DNA of 64,000 nucleotides. It comes from an uncultured Verrucomicrobiae bacterium. Lineage in GTDB: Bacteria; Verrucomicrobiota; Verrucomicrobiia; Chthoniobacterales; Chthoniobacteraceae. The DNA is taken from the NCBI GenBank assembly GCA_963828525.1, contig CAWHEP010000009.1:96001-160000 (forward strand), in the 5' to 3' direction. Shown in pieces: positions 37,929 through 47,700 of the stretch (position 1 is its first letter; each line of letters opens with the position of its first letter). Made by a program: the position numbers and the translations under genes. The notes under the pieces are model-generated. The model was not told the DNA's origin. It saw only the letters and a program-made list of their open reading frames with translations, and ran no database searches.

Positions 37929-39356
37929 ATGAAACTCCGCCGCTTCTCCCCTGCTCTTTTCTCGATATTAACTCTGTCAGTGGCGAGCGCAAACAGAACC
38001 AGCGCCACGGATCTCGCAAAGGGGGGACTGGCGCGGGAGCTTGATAACGCCTTCGTATCCACCTACGAGAAAGTCGCCCCGGCGGTGGTTGTGATCGATG
38101 GTGAACGCAGCCAGGCTGACCCAAATGACGCGGAGAGCTTCCTTCCGCAAGATCCGGGCGCCCTGAGACAATTCGCCCTGCCGCGCCCCCCGGATCGCAG
38201 CGAGGCTTCCGGATTCATCGTTCGGCAGGATGGCTACATCCTCACCAACAACCATGCAGTCGCGGGATGCCGCTCGCTGACGGTCAAGCTGAAGGATGGC
38301 CGGGTGCTCAAGGGCAAAGTAGTCGGCACAGATGAGAAGACAGATGTGGCGGTCCTGAAGGTCGATGCGGTGAACCTGCCCTGCGTTGAGTTTGGTGACA
38401 GCGATTCGCTTCGGGTCGGCCAGTTGATCGGAGCCATCGGCGCGCCCTTCAACCTCGATTTCACCTTCACGGTTGGCTGGGTGAGCGCCAAGGGCCGAAC
38501 CCAGCTCACGAGGGAGACGACTTTTGAGGATTACATTCAGACGAACGCTTTCATCAATCCAGGTGACAGCGGCTCCCCGCTCTTTGATCTCGACGGGAAG
38601 GTCGTCGGGATGAACACGCTTATCAATGGGCTGGGACGGGGGCTTTCCTTTGCGGTGCCGTCCAATCTTTGCAAGCGTGTTGAAACTGAGATCATTGCAA
38701 CCGGCCGGATCGTCTATCCCTGGCTGGGGATTACGCTGGTGGATAGGGAAAAAAGCGCGGCCTTCCTCGATCAGATGCCGTCGTTCGACCGGGGAGTCGC
38801 GGTTCAGACCATCGAAGCCGGCACTCCCGCGTATCGCAGTGATCTCCGACCCGCGGATGTCATCACTCGCGTGGACGGCATCCCGGTGGCGAATGGACGC
38901 GACCTTCAGCAGCAGATTCTTAGCAAGAAAGTCGGCCAAACAGTGGAACTCGCCATCCTTCGGAATACGAAGCTTCTGAAGGTCTCCGTGACCACAGCAG
39001 AGATGCCCGCGGATACTCGGAAACCAGAGAAGGCCGCGCCGCCAAAAGAAGCCGCGCCGAATACCTCACCCTATTCTGGAATGCAATTCCAGGACGCCAC
39101 CCCGGAACTCGCGACCGAGATGAAATTCAACACGCCCTCAGGAGCGGTGGTGACGGATGTGCAAGCCGACAGCCCAGCGGCCACAGCGGGCCTCCGCCGC
39201 AAGGATGTCATCACCGAGCTTGACGGGACGCCTGTCTCCACCGCGGCAATCTGCAAGGAACTTTTCGATCTGCATGACGGGGGGAAGCCGATGCTTGTGC
39301 TGATAGACCGCGCTGGGCAGAAAACCTTCGCCGTGCTTAAAGCGACGGGAAAGTAA
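37929..39356 (+). CDS. HtrA/DegP-like serine protease with two PDZ domains
   Basis: SGFIV..DGYILTNNH, DVAV, IQTNAFINPGDSGSP; two PDZ units; signal peptide. Confidence 0.9.
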   Translation: MKLRRFSPALFSILTLSVASANRTSATDLAKGGLARELDNAFVSTYEKVAPAVVVIDGERSQADPNDAESFLPQDPGALRQFALPRPPDRSEASGFIVRQDGYILTNNHAVAGCRSLTVKLKDGRVLKGKVVGTDEKTDVAVLKVDAVNLPCVEFGDSDSLRVGQLIGAIGAPFNLDFTFTVGWVSAKGRTQLTRETTFEDYIQTNAFINPGDSGSPLFDLDGKVVGMNTLINGLGRGLSFAVPSNLCKRVETEIIATGRIVYPWLGITLVDREKSAAFLDQMPSFDRGVAVQTIEAGTPAYRSDLRPADVITRVDGIPVANGRDLQQQILSKKVGQTVELAILRNTKLLKVSVTTAEMPADTRKPEKAAPPKEAAPNTSPYSGMQFQDATPELATEMKFNTPSGAVVTDVQADSPAATAGLRRKDVITELDGTPVSTAAICKELFDLHDGGKPMLVLIDRAGQKTFAVLKATGK

Positions 39357-39361
39357 GCGGT

Positions 39362-40582
39362 CTACTCCTCGATCTTCGGCACCTTCGGCGCTCTCAGCCG
39401 GTGCGGTTCGTGAAAACCCGATCCCACGAGTGGCCGGCAGTAGCTGTAGAAGGCGTCGGTAACACCGTTTCCCTCCTCGTTGATGAACGCCTCCGGCATC
39501 ACACGAGTCTTGCCAGCCACATTTTTCAGCGGCACCAAGTCGTAGCTGACGCTGTAGTTCAGCACAGGGCGGCGGATGACGATCGAGCCGTTCACGTTAT
39601 CCCACATCGCGTATTGCACCGCGATCTCCCCTACTTCCCGGGCCTCATGCGCGTCCCGATCCGACACCACTCCGACAAATGAACGCTGCAAGTATCCGAA
39701 GGTGTCAGACCTCACTCGCTTGATCTTTAGCTTCTCTTTCACCAGTCCCGCCAGCAAGTCGCCCAATTGGCCGCTCCCCGAAAGTTGGACATTCCCGTGC
39801 GCGTCACGCTCCACGGAATCATTCAGCTTCAGCGCGACAGCCGTGCCGGTTTCATCCTGCACGCCTTCCGAGACGGCAACAATGCAGGAACCCCTCTCGC
39901 GATAGACGCGATCTACATCGGCCAAAAACCGGTCGGTGGAGAATGGCCGCTCGGGCACATATATCAGGTGCGGTCCTTCATCGATGTACTTTTGGGCAAG
40001 CCGGGAAGACGCCGTGAGGAAACCCGCGTGCCTGCCCATCACCACGCCGATCAGAACCCCGGCCAGCGCTCGATTATCCAGGTTAAGACCCATGAACGCC
40101 TGCGACACAAAGCGCGCCGCGGAGCCGAACCCGGGGCAATGGTCGTTTTCAGCGAGGTCATTATCGATCGTCTTGGGAATATGGACCGCCCGGAAGTCGT
40201 ATCCGATCGCCTCCGCCTGCTCGTTGACGATACGCACCGTATCCGAGGAGTCGTTCCCGCCGACGTAGAAGAAGTATCTTATGTCGTGTTTGCGCATCAC
40301 CTTGAACATGCGCGCGCAGTATTCCTCGTCAGGCTTATCGCGGGTGGACAGCAGCGCGGAGGAAGGCGTCGCGGCCACGCGTTCCAGGTTGTGCGTAGTC
40401 TCGCGGGTGAGATCGATGAAGTCTTCCTTCACGATGCCACTGACCCCGTGGATGGCGCCATAGACGGACTTCACCTGGGCAAACTTCCGAGCTTCCAGGG
40501 TGACACCCACGATGCTTTGGTTAATAACGGCAGTGGGGCCCCCGCCTTGCGCGACAAGGACGTTTCCTTCTAGACGACTCAT
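39362..40582 (-). CDS. 6-phosphofructokinase, probably PPi-dependent
   Basis: QGGGP, GGNDS (Asp at the phosphoryl-donor position), PKTIDND and MGRHAG. Confidence 0.88.
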   Translation of the reverse strand: MSRLEGNVLVAQGGGPTAVINQSIVGVTLEARKFAQVKSVYGAIHGVSGIVKEDFIDLTRETTHNLERVAATPSSALLSTRDKPDEEYCARMFKVMRKHDIRYFFYVGGNDSSDTVRIVNEQAEAIGYDFRAVHIPKTIDNDLAENDHCPGFGSAARFVSQAFMGLNLDNRALAGVLIGVVMGRHAGFLTASSRLAQKYIDEGPHLIYVPERPFSTDRFLADVDRVYRERGSCIVAVSEGVQDETGTAVALKLNDSVERDAHGNVQLSGSGQLGDLLAGLVKEKLKIKRVRSDTFGYLQRSFVGVVSDRDAHEAREVGEIAVQYAMWDNVNGSIVIRRPVLNYSVSYDLVPLKNVAGKTRVMPEAFINEEGNGVTDAFYSYCRPLVGSGFHEPHRLRAPKVPKIEE

Positions 40583-40649
40583 GCCAGCGAAACTAGCGAG
40601 TCTCCCTTTTTTGGCAATGACTTTGCGCGGGCGCTCGGCAAAGAGGCGG

Positions 40650-40982
40650 TCAACCCTGAAGCGGATCGTCGAAAGGACGTCCCGCAGCAGTCTTACTGCG
40701 CTGCTGGTGGTATGCTGCCATCCCCACTTTGCGGCGGGGAGGCGCCGCCGCGGCCGGCGCCACGCTGGCGTCAGTTTGCAGCGCGGGCATTGAGCCGTTT
40801 GGCTCCACGGTGCCCTGGGGGACTTTGCTATGCGTTATTCTCTGCTGGCGCTGCCTCGAAGATTTTTCGACATACCGCTCATACTCCCTCTCCCTTCTGG
40901 TCTGGGACGATTGAAAGAGGGAGCACGCCGGGAGCAAAAGCGCGCACGCCAGGAACACCAGGCCAATTCTTGAGCAAATCAT
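40650..40982 (-). CDS. Hypothetical small lipoprotein
   Basis: Lipobox-like LLLPAC after a hydrophobic stretch; 13 nt downstream of mtgA. Confidence 0.55.
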   Translation of the reverse strand: MICSRIGLVFLACALLLPACSLFQSSQTRREREYERYVEKSSRQRQQRITHSKVPQGTVEPNGSMPALQTDASVAPAAAAPPRRKVGMAAYHQQRSKTAAGRPFDDPLQG

Positions 40983-40995
40983 AACGGAGATGAAT

Positions 40996-41745
40996 TTATC
41001 GCAGCAGCTCCGCGGGAAAGCGAACGTCCTTTTGCTGCCGCAATATCTTTCCCTCGCGTCTTACAAGATCTACCGAAGGTTTGCGCGGATCCCACACCCG
41101 CGGATTTGGCAGCAGCCCGGCCAGCAAGGCGATCTGCTCGCGTCCAAGCTTCTCCGGAGCCAATCCATAATAGAACAGCGACGCCGCGCGCACTCCGTAG
41201 ATGCCATCTCCCATCTCGACCACGTTCGCGTAGAGTTCCAGAATCCGCTTTTTCGACAGTATGGCCTCCATTAACAACGTGTAATACGCCTCCAGCCCCT
41301 TGCGAATCCATGAGCGCCCTTCCCAGAGGAAAACGGAGCGAGCGCATTGCATTGTGATTGTCGAGGCGCCCCTCGCCGGCTTTCCACGCCGCTCCGCTTC
41401 ATTCATATCTTTGCGAATTTCCCGCCAGTCAAAGCCATGATGGACGAAAAAACGCTGATCTTCCGCGATCCAGACGTCCTTCAGGTATTCCACCGGGATG
41501 TCGCGGAGAGGCACCCAGTCATACAGCATCCGCCTGGGACGGTGAGCCGAAAACTGCGCCGCCGCGCGCCGCAGAAGCATCAAAGTGGTAACAGGCGGAT
41601 CGATGAACCGCGTCGCGAGAACCTCCACCATCGGCGTGATGAGGATGCAAACCGCCGCGATCCCGAGCCACCCTGCAAAGGAGCGCCCCTTCTTACTTCG
41701 CGGCTTCACGACAGAAAAACTCCTTTTTGCGGGGTGTCGCGGCAA
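40996..41745 (-). CDS. mtgA: Monofunctional peptidoglycan transglycosylase
   Basis: AEDQRF..HHGFD, RGASTITMQ, RKGLE and SKKRILELY.N.VE.G GT51 motifs. Confidence 0.92.
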   Translation of the reverse strand: MPRHPAKRSFSVVKPRSKKGRSFAGWLGIAAVCILITPMVEVLATRFIDPPVTTLMLLRRAAAQFSAHRPRRMLYDWVPLRDIPVEYLKDVWIAEDQRFFVHHGFDWREIRKDMNEAERRGKPARGASTITMQCARSVFLWEGRSWIRKGLEAYYTLLMEAILSKKRILELYANVVEMGDGIYGVRAASLFYYGLAPEKLGREQIALLAGLLPNPRVWDPRKPSVDLVRREGKILRQQKDVRFPAELLR

Positions 41746-41909
41746 CCTCTCGGTTCATAGCCCAGAGGCACGGAAAAAGCTCCACATCGAAACGACCGCT
41801 CCTATGAAACAGGCGCGTTCCCAGAGCTAATCTCCACTCCCGACTGATGATTGTTAATAAAAGGTTCAAAAAGGATGACATGCTTCCTCCTCAGGATTAC
41901 TCTTGCGCG

Positions 41910-42362
41910 ATGGCAGACCAGGCACCACTCGTTCAGGAAGGGTCCCGAACCACCCCGGATTTGGACATCAAAAGCATCCTGCTGCTCGATGATGACATCG
42001 ACCTGGCTGACACGTTGAAGTTGTTGCTTGAAAGCCACAACTACATTGTGACCACCGCAAGGAACGGCGTTGAGGGGTTGCATGAAGTGATGGCGCTCGA
42101 TTTCGATCTGATCATGTGTGACATGATGATGCCGGCCATGCCCGGCGATATGTTTTTCCGCGCGGTTGAACGCATCAAGCCGTATCTCTGCAGGCGCTTC
42201 ATCTTCCTCACCGGCCATGCTGATAAGCCGAAGGTCAGCGAATTTCTGCGCAGCATCGGAGCATTGGTTCTTTACAAACCAGTCACCACCGATGAGCTCA
42301 TCCAGACGATCTCCTTCGTCCTCAAGCGTGAAGAGCGCAACCCGTCGCGCGACAACCCCTGA
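41910..42362 (+). CDS. Single-domain response regulator (receiver)
   Basis: ILLLDDD, MCDMMMP, FLTG, YKP; start uncertain (41847-41910). Confidence 0.85.
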   Translation: MADQAPLVQEGSRTTPDLDIKSILLLDDDIDLADTLKLLLESHNYIVTTARNGVEGLHEVMALDFDLIMCDMMMPAMPGDMFFRAVERIKPYLCRRFIFLTGHADKPKVSEFLRSIGALVLYKPVTTDELIQTISFVLKREERNPSRDNP

Positions 42363-42380
42363 CCACCGCCCCGGTGTCAC

Positions 42381-42968
42381 ATGTCCACCGATCTTAGGAG
42401 CGGCCTCCACGCCTTTCTGCTGGCAAATTCCGTCTGCCGCGGCGACTTCACTCTGGCTTCCGGCGTCAAAAGCGATCTTTACATCGATGCCAGGGTGACC
42501 ACGCTGGATGGGGAAATGGCGCTAGCCATTGGCAAAATCGGCTTCGAAATGATCAACGACTTCGCGGCCTCCGAAGAAACGAGAATTGACAGCGTTGGAG
42601 GGTTGACCATGGGCGCGGATCCCATTGCTCTCGCGATCGGGATTGCTTCCGCGCTCGCTGCCTGCGAACCTCCGTTAAAGGTGTTCTCAGTGCGGAAGAA
42701 GACGAAGGAGCACGGCAGGCGGAAGATGATTGAAGGCAACTTCAAACCGGGAGACACGGTGGTCATCATCGAAGACGTCATCACCTCCGGAGGTTCGGCT
42801 CTCCAAGCGATAGAGGCGGTCGAAAATGAGGGCGGCACAGTCGCTTGCGTTCTTTCCCTAATAGACCGGCAGGAGGGAGGGCGTCAGTCCATCGAAGCGC
42901 TCGGCTATAAAGTACGCGCCCTCTTTACGCGTGAAGATCTGCTGGGGCCACCTTCAAAGCTTCTCTAA
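42381..42968 (+). CDS. pyrE: Orotate phosphoribosyltransferase
   Basis: FTLASG..S.LYID, VRK..KEHG and IIEDVITSGGS. Confidence 0.93.
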   Translation: MSTDLRSGLHAFLLANSVCRGDFTLASGVKSDLYIDARVTTLDGEMALAIGKIGFEMINDFAASEETRIDSVGGLTMGADPIALAIGIASALAACEPPLKVFSVRKKTKEHGRRKMIEGNFKPGDTVVIIEDVITSGGSALQAIEAVENEGGTVACVLSLIDRQEGGRQSIEALGYKVRALFTREDLLGPPSKLL

Positions 42969-43006
42969 GAGGCTGTCGCGCGGCTGCCTCGCTTCCTCAT
43001 AGTTTC

Positions 43007-44119
43007 TTAAACGTTGAAACGAAACTCGAGGACATCGCCGTCCTTCACGACGTATTCCTTTCCTTCGATACGTAACTTTCCCACTTCCCGCGCCTTGGCA
43101 AACGAACCGAGACGGATGAGTTCGTCAAAGTGGATTGTCTCGGCGGCTATGAAGCCCCGCTCGAAGTCCGAATGGATGACCCCAGCGGCAGCCGGAGCCT
43201 TATCGCCCGCGCGGATCGTCCACGCTCGCGACTCCGTCTCCCCGGTTGTGAGATAAGTTCGCAATCCCAGCAGGTGATATACCGCCTGGATGAGAGCATC
43301 TACTCCGCTGCTGGTAACACCCAGTCCGGCAAGGTATTCCGCAGATTCGGCGGGGGCGAGATCGATCAATTCACTCTCGATCTGCGCGCTGATGACAATC
43401 GCTTCAGTTGCTAGATGGGCGCGGACATAATCCCGGACCGCCTTCACATGGCGAGCGGATGGGCTTGCCTCCAGTCCCGCGAGGTCTGACTCGGCCACGT
43501 TGCAGGCGAAGATGGTGGGCTTCGAGGTCAGCAGAAAAAAGTCTTTCGCAATTCGCTGCTCTTCCTCGGACAACTCCGCGATCCCCGCGGGCTTTCCGGA
43601 GTCCAGATGGGGCAGCAGTTTCTCAATGACGGCAATATCAGCTTTAGCAGCCTTGTCGCCCGCCTTGGCTGACTTCTGCAATCTGTCCTTCCGTTTCTGC
43701 AAAGTCGCCAAATCGCATAGCACGAGTTCCGTCGTGATGACTTCGATGTCACGAACGGGATCGACCGATCCATTGACATGATGCACATCCGCGTCTTCGA
43801 AGCAGCGCACGACCTGGACAATCGCGTTCACCTCACGGATGTGGCTGAGGAATTGATTGCCCAGCCCCTCCCCTTGACTCGCCCCCCGCACCAGACCCGC
43901 GATATCGACGAACTCGATGGCGGCGGGAACCACCTTTCGGGAATGTGAAAACTTCGCGAGAGAGTCAAGCCGCGCGTCGGGAACAGTCACTACACCTACA
44001 TTCGGATCGATGGTGCAGAACGGGTAGTTCGCCGCCGCCGCCTTCCGTGTGCGGGTTACCGCATTGAACAGGGTGGATTTTCCGACGTTGGGCAGCCCAA
44101 CAATGCCAGCGCTTAACAT
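43007..44119 (-). CDS. ychF: Redox-regulated ATPase YchF
   Basis: GIVGLPNVGKST, ANYPFCTIDPN, DIAGLV, GVIHSDFERGFI and C-terminal FRFNV. Confidence 0.96.
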   Translation of the reverse strand: MLSAGIVGLPNVGKSTLFNAVTRTRKAAAANYPFCTIDPNVGVVTVPDARLDSLAKFSHSRKVVPAAIEFVDIAGLVRGASQGEGLGNQFLSHIREVNAIVQVVRCFEDADVHHVNGSVDPVRDIEVITTELVLCDLATLQKRKDRLQKSAKAGDKAAKADIAVIEKLLPHLDSGKPAGIAELSEEEQRIAKDFFLLTSKPTIFACNVAESDLAGLEASPSARHVKAVRDYVRAHLATEAIVISAQIESELIDLAPAESAEYLAGLGVTSSGVDALIQAVYHLLGLRTYLTTGETESRAWTIRAGDKAPAAAGVIHSDFERGFIAAETIHFDELIRLGSFAKAREVGKLRIEGKEYVVKDGDVLEFRFNV

Positions 44120-44260
44120 GGCGGCAATGTTAAGCGAAGCCCCGCCACCCCGCACGGGAAAAATGAGCGCGGAATGCACCTCCCCGAATCCTGGGCATTT
44201 GCGCCTTGCGGCTGCGCCCGTTTTGTGAGAGGGAAGAATGTAAGGGGGCGGCGAAAAGTA

Positions 44261-44635
44261 ATGGTTCTAATAATTGACGACGATCCCAGTGTGCGGATCC
44301 TGACCGAGCGCCTGGTCAAGAATTTTGGGTTCGCCTCTCTCACGGCGAGCGATGGCGAGGAGGGTCTCCGTAAATTCGAGGAAAATGCCGAAAAAATCCT
44401 TGTGGTTGTGCTCGACATGACGATGCCGTCACTGGATGGAGAGGAAACGTGCGCCAGGCTGCGGCAAATCAGGCCCGATATCCGGATTTTGTTCACGAGC
44501 GGATACGAGAAGAAGAAGAGCATGTCCGAGGATGGCGGTCTCACTGATTTCCTCCCCAAACCTTTTACGATCAAGGAATTGCAGGACAAACTGGCAAAGC
44601 TTACCGGTCCGCCCTCGAATCCGCAGAGCAGCTAG
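44261..44635 (+). CDS. Single-domain response regulator (receiver)
   Basis: LIIDDD, LDMTMP, TSGY and LPKPF. Confidence 0.87.
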   Translation: MVLIIDDDPSVRILTERLVKNFGFASLTASDGEEGLRKFEENAEKILVVVLDMTMPSLDGEETCARLRQIRPDIRILFTSGYEKKKSMSEDGGLTDFLPKPFTIKELQDKLAKLTGPPSNPQSS

Positions 44636-44669
44636 CCGCTCTCAAAACTGCCAGCGCGGCGGGCAGTCC

Positions 44670-44699
44670 TTGACGGATGTTTGAGCAGGGCGTTAAGGT
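44670..44699 (+). promoter_or_regulatory. Possible sigma70 promoter of the giant coiled-coil gene (TTGACG-N18-TAAGGT)
   Basis: Hexamers seen directly; 18-nt spacer. Confidence 0.4.
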
Positions 44700-44738
44700 G
44701 TCAGGAAGGCATGGAATATGCGCGCTGGGCTTTAATGG

Positions 44739-47700
44739 ATGATTGAATCGTTTCTGAGTCGTTTTAAAGCGAAACGGACTGAAGAGCCGTCGCCGGAAGC
44801 AGCCCCCGTCCCCGAGCCGCCCAAAAATGACGACGCCGGGAAGGTGGAAACCGCGCAAACTGGTTCTCTCCTGGACGGGATAACCAAGGACAAGGCGGAA
44901 TCGCGTAACGCTGGCCCGACATCGTCCAAGATGCCGCCCGCGTGGCATTCACGCGCGAACGTTCCGGCTGGCAAACCCGGCGATGCTGTTGACCCCGCGA
45001 AAAAACAGTCCGAACCGCCCGCAAAGATCGCTCTGGAAGTAGGCGACTTCCTGCACCGCATCCCTCCGCACCTTCTCAAACCGGGTCCGCACGATCTCTC
45101 CCAGAAGATCTTCTTCAAGGTGAGCGAGCTCTCAGCCAGCATTGCTGAAGGAAAGGCTACCATCGCGCTATCGGAGATCGCGAGGCTTTGTCCCGAAATT
45201 TTCCAGCGTCCCATCACGCCAGCCGATGAGGCGGAGATATTCTTCCCGTGGCACAAACTTGCCGAGAGGGTGCGTTCCCAGCGCTCTGTGAATGAACCAC
45301 GCGCGGCAGCGGCGAAGCTGCCCCGGCGCGAGCCCGCTTTCCCAGCCTTCCCTGCGGGGGGCAACGCCGCCCAAAGGAAATCCGAGCCTGCGGAAACAGT
45401 TCCCGCGCCAGATTCGACGGATGCGGATGAAAGCAAGGTCGAGGCAAAGCTCACGAAACAACCCTGGTTCAAGAGTCCTTCTCCACAAGAACCGGTCGCC
45501 AAGGATCCCCCCCTTCGAACGGCAAAAGAGATGCCCTCCGGCGCGGTCACGGCTCTGCCGGCTCCCGCGCCCCTGCGTCTTTCGACCACGGAAGGCGACA
45601 TTTCCCCCATAGGGGCCGTGACCACGCTTCCTGAACAGGAACGTCCCGCGGAAGCTCTCCTTCTTTCGCCGCTTCCCTCCGCCGTCTCTGATCCCGAGGC
45701 GCAGAGAAAGCAGACCGGTTTAATCGAGCAGCAGCGGTTCACTGTAATCAAGGAGCGTGACGAAGCGAGATCGCTGCTCGCTGAAAACGCAAGTTTGCAT
45801 AAGCGGCAGGTTGATTCGTTGCAGAAAGATCTGGGTTCCGCGTTCGCGGAGCGGGACAGAGTCGCCATGGAACTGGCCCAACTGCGCGACTCCCAGCGCA
45901 GACAGGCCGAGACCCTCGCGCAGGAGCGCGACGCGGCGGTTCGCGAGCGGGATCGTCTCGCCGCCCAGATTGCAAAAGATAAAGGGGCCAGAACCCAGGA
46001 GATGCTCCTCCTCGCCCAAGAGCGTGATGGCGCTGTGAAGCTGAAGGACGAAGTGTCAGAGACTTTGCAAACGCAGATCAGTTCGCTCTCGCAGGAGCGC
46101 GATCATCTCGCGACGGAAAGGGATAAGATCTCATCCGAACTGGAAGGGGCTCGGCAAAATCTCAAAGAGCAGTCGCAGGGCGCCGCAACCAAGAAGGCGG
46201 AAACCAGCGCCGCCGAGGCCGCAGCGGCCGGCGATCTTATTGCATCCCTCATGCGGGAACGGGACAAGGCCCTTGCCGCTCTGCTCCCGGTCGAGAAGCA
46301 AATTGATTCGCTGAAGGAAGAGATGAAAGCGCTCGCCGCGTCTTCCGAGAGCCAGCGCGAAAAGCTGGAAAAGGAGCGGGACGCGGCTCTGAACCAGATC
46401 GCTCGCGCGCGTGAGGCAAGAAGCCAGGAACTCGATGCCCTCAAAAGGAAACACGACACCGCGATCAACGCGCGTGAGCAAAAGATTGCCAGTCTTGATC
46501 GGGATCTCCAGTCACACAGGGGGCAGCTTGAAGCCGTTTCCAGCGAACGCGACGAGGCGGCCAAGGAACGCGCGGAAGCGGTCTCTCGCCTCGGCGCGGG
46601 GGATGATGATCACAAGAGAGAAGCGGAAGAAAAACTCGCCGCGATGCGCGCGGAGCTGGAGAGCCTGAAGAAGGAGCGCGATAAATCAAGCGCCGAACTC
46701 GTGGCGTTGAGACATTCCAGCGCGTCGGAGTTGAAGAACCTCCGCGGGGCGCATGAGGAAGCGATAGGCAAGCTGGCCGCGCATCAACGCTCGGCTGAAC
46801 AACTCCTTAGCGACAAAGAGGCAGCCGTTGCCAGCCTGGCCGCAATGGCGCTCGCGGCCAGGGAACTCGAGGAAAAATCGGCGGCAAAAGATGCCGCGCT
46901 GTCGGAAATGACCACTCTGACGGAGCAGGTTGCAGCGCTACGAGAAGAGCGCGCCGCTTTGGCGGCCACCCTGGCCGAAGCGCAAGGAACTTTGCGCGCC
47001 ACTGCCACAGAGCGGGATCAGGCGATGAAGGAACGCGAGGAAGCCGTATCGCGCCTAGCCGCCATGGCGCTCGCGACCAAGGAACTCGAGGAAAAATCGG
47101 CCGCAAAAGATGCCGCGCTGTCGGAGATGACCACTCTGACGGAGCAGGTTGCAGCGATGCGGGAAGAGCGCGCGGCTTTGGAGGCCACCCTGGCCGAAGC
47201 GCAAGGAACCTTGCGCGCCACTGCCACAGAGCGGGATCAGGCGATGAAGGAACGCGAGGAAGCCGTATCGCGGCTCGGCGCGGCCGAGGAGGATTACAAG
47301 AAGGAAGCGGAGGCAAAGCTCACCGCCATGGGCGTAGAGCTGGAGGGCCTTCGGAAAGAATTGGATGCCGCGCGAACGGAAGCCCTGCGGGTCAAAGAGG
47401 CTGGCGCTTCGGAGGTGGCCGCTCTGCGAAAGGCGCATGCCGATGTCGGCGGCAGCCTCGTCGAGCACCAGAAGAGAGCGGCGCGCCTCCTGGGCGAAAA
47501 GGAAGCGGCGCTTGGCAGCCTGGCTGTGCTCACCGCGACAGCCAAGGAACTCCAGGAAAAGCTGCATGCGACCCAAACCGGCGGACAGACACTCTCGGCA
47601 GAACGTGACGCGGCGATTCGCGAACGGGACGCAGCGGTCTCCGCTCTCGCGGCGGAGGAGAATCACAAAAAAGAAATCCTGGCGGAACTTGACGCGGCGC

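Noticed and set aside
38550..38585. GDSGSP instead of GNSGGP in the HtrA protease
   Set aside because: The His/Asp/Ser triad is intact and GDSG is the general trypsin-fold consensus, so this is a minor variant.
46839..47276. Direct repeat as a possible CRISPR array or mobile element
   Set aside because: Only two contiguous 219-bp in-frame coding units, with no spacers, cas genes or transposase.
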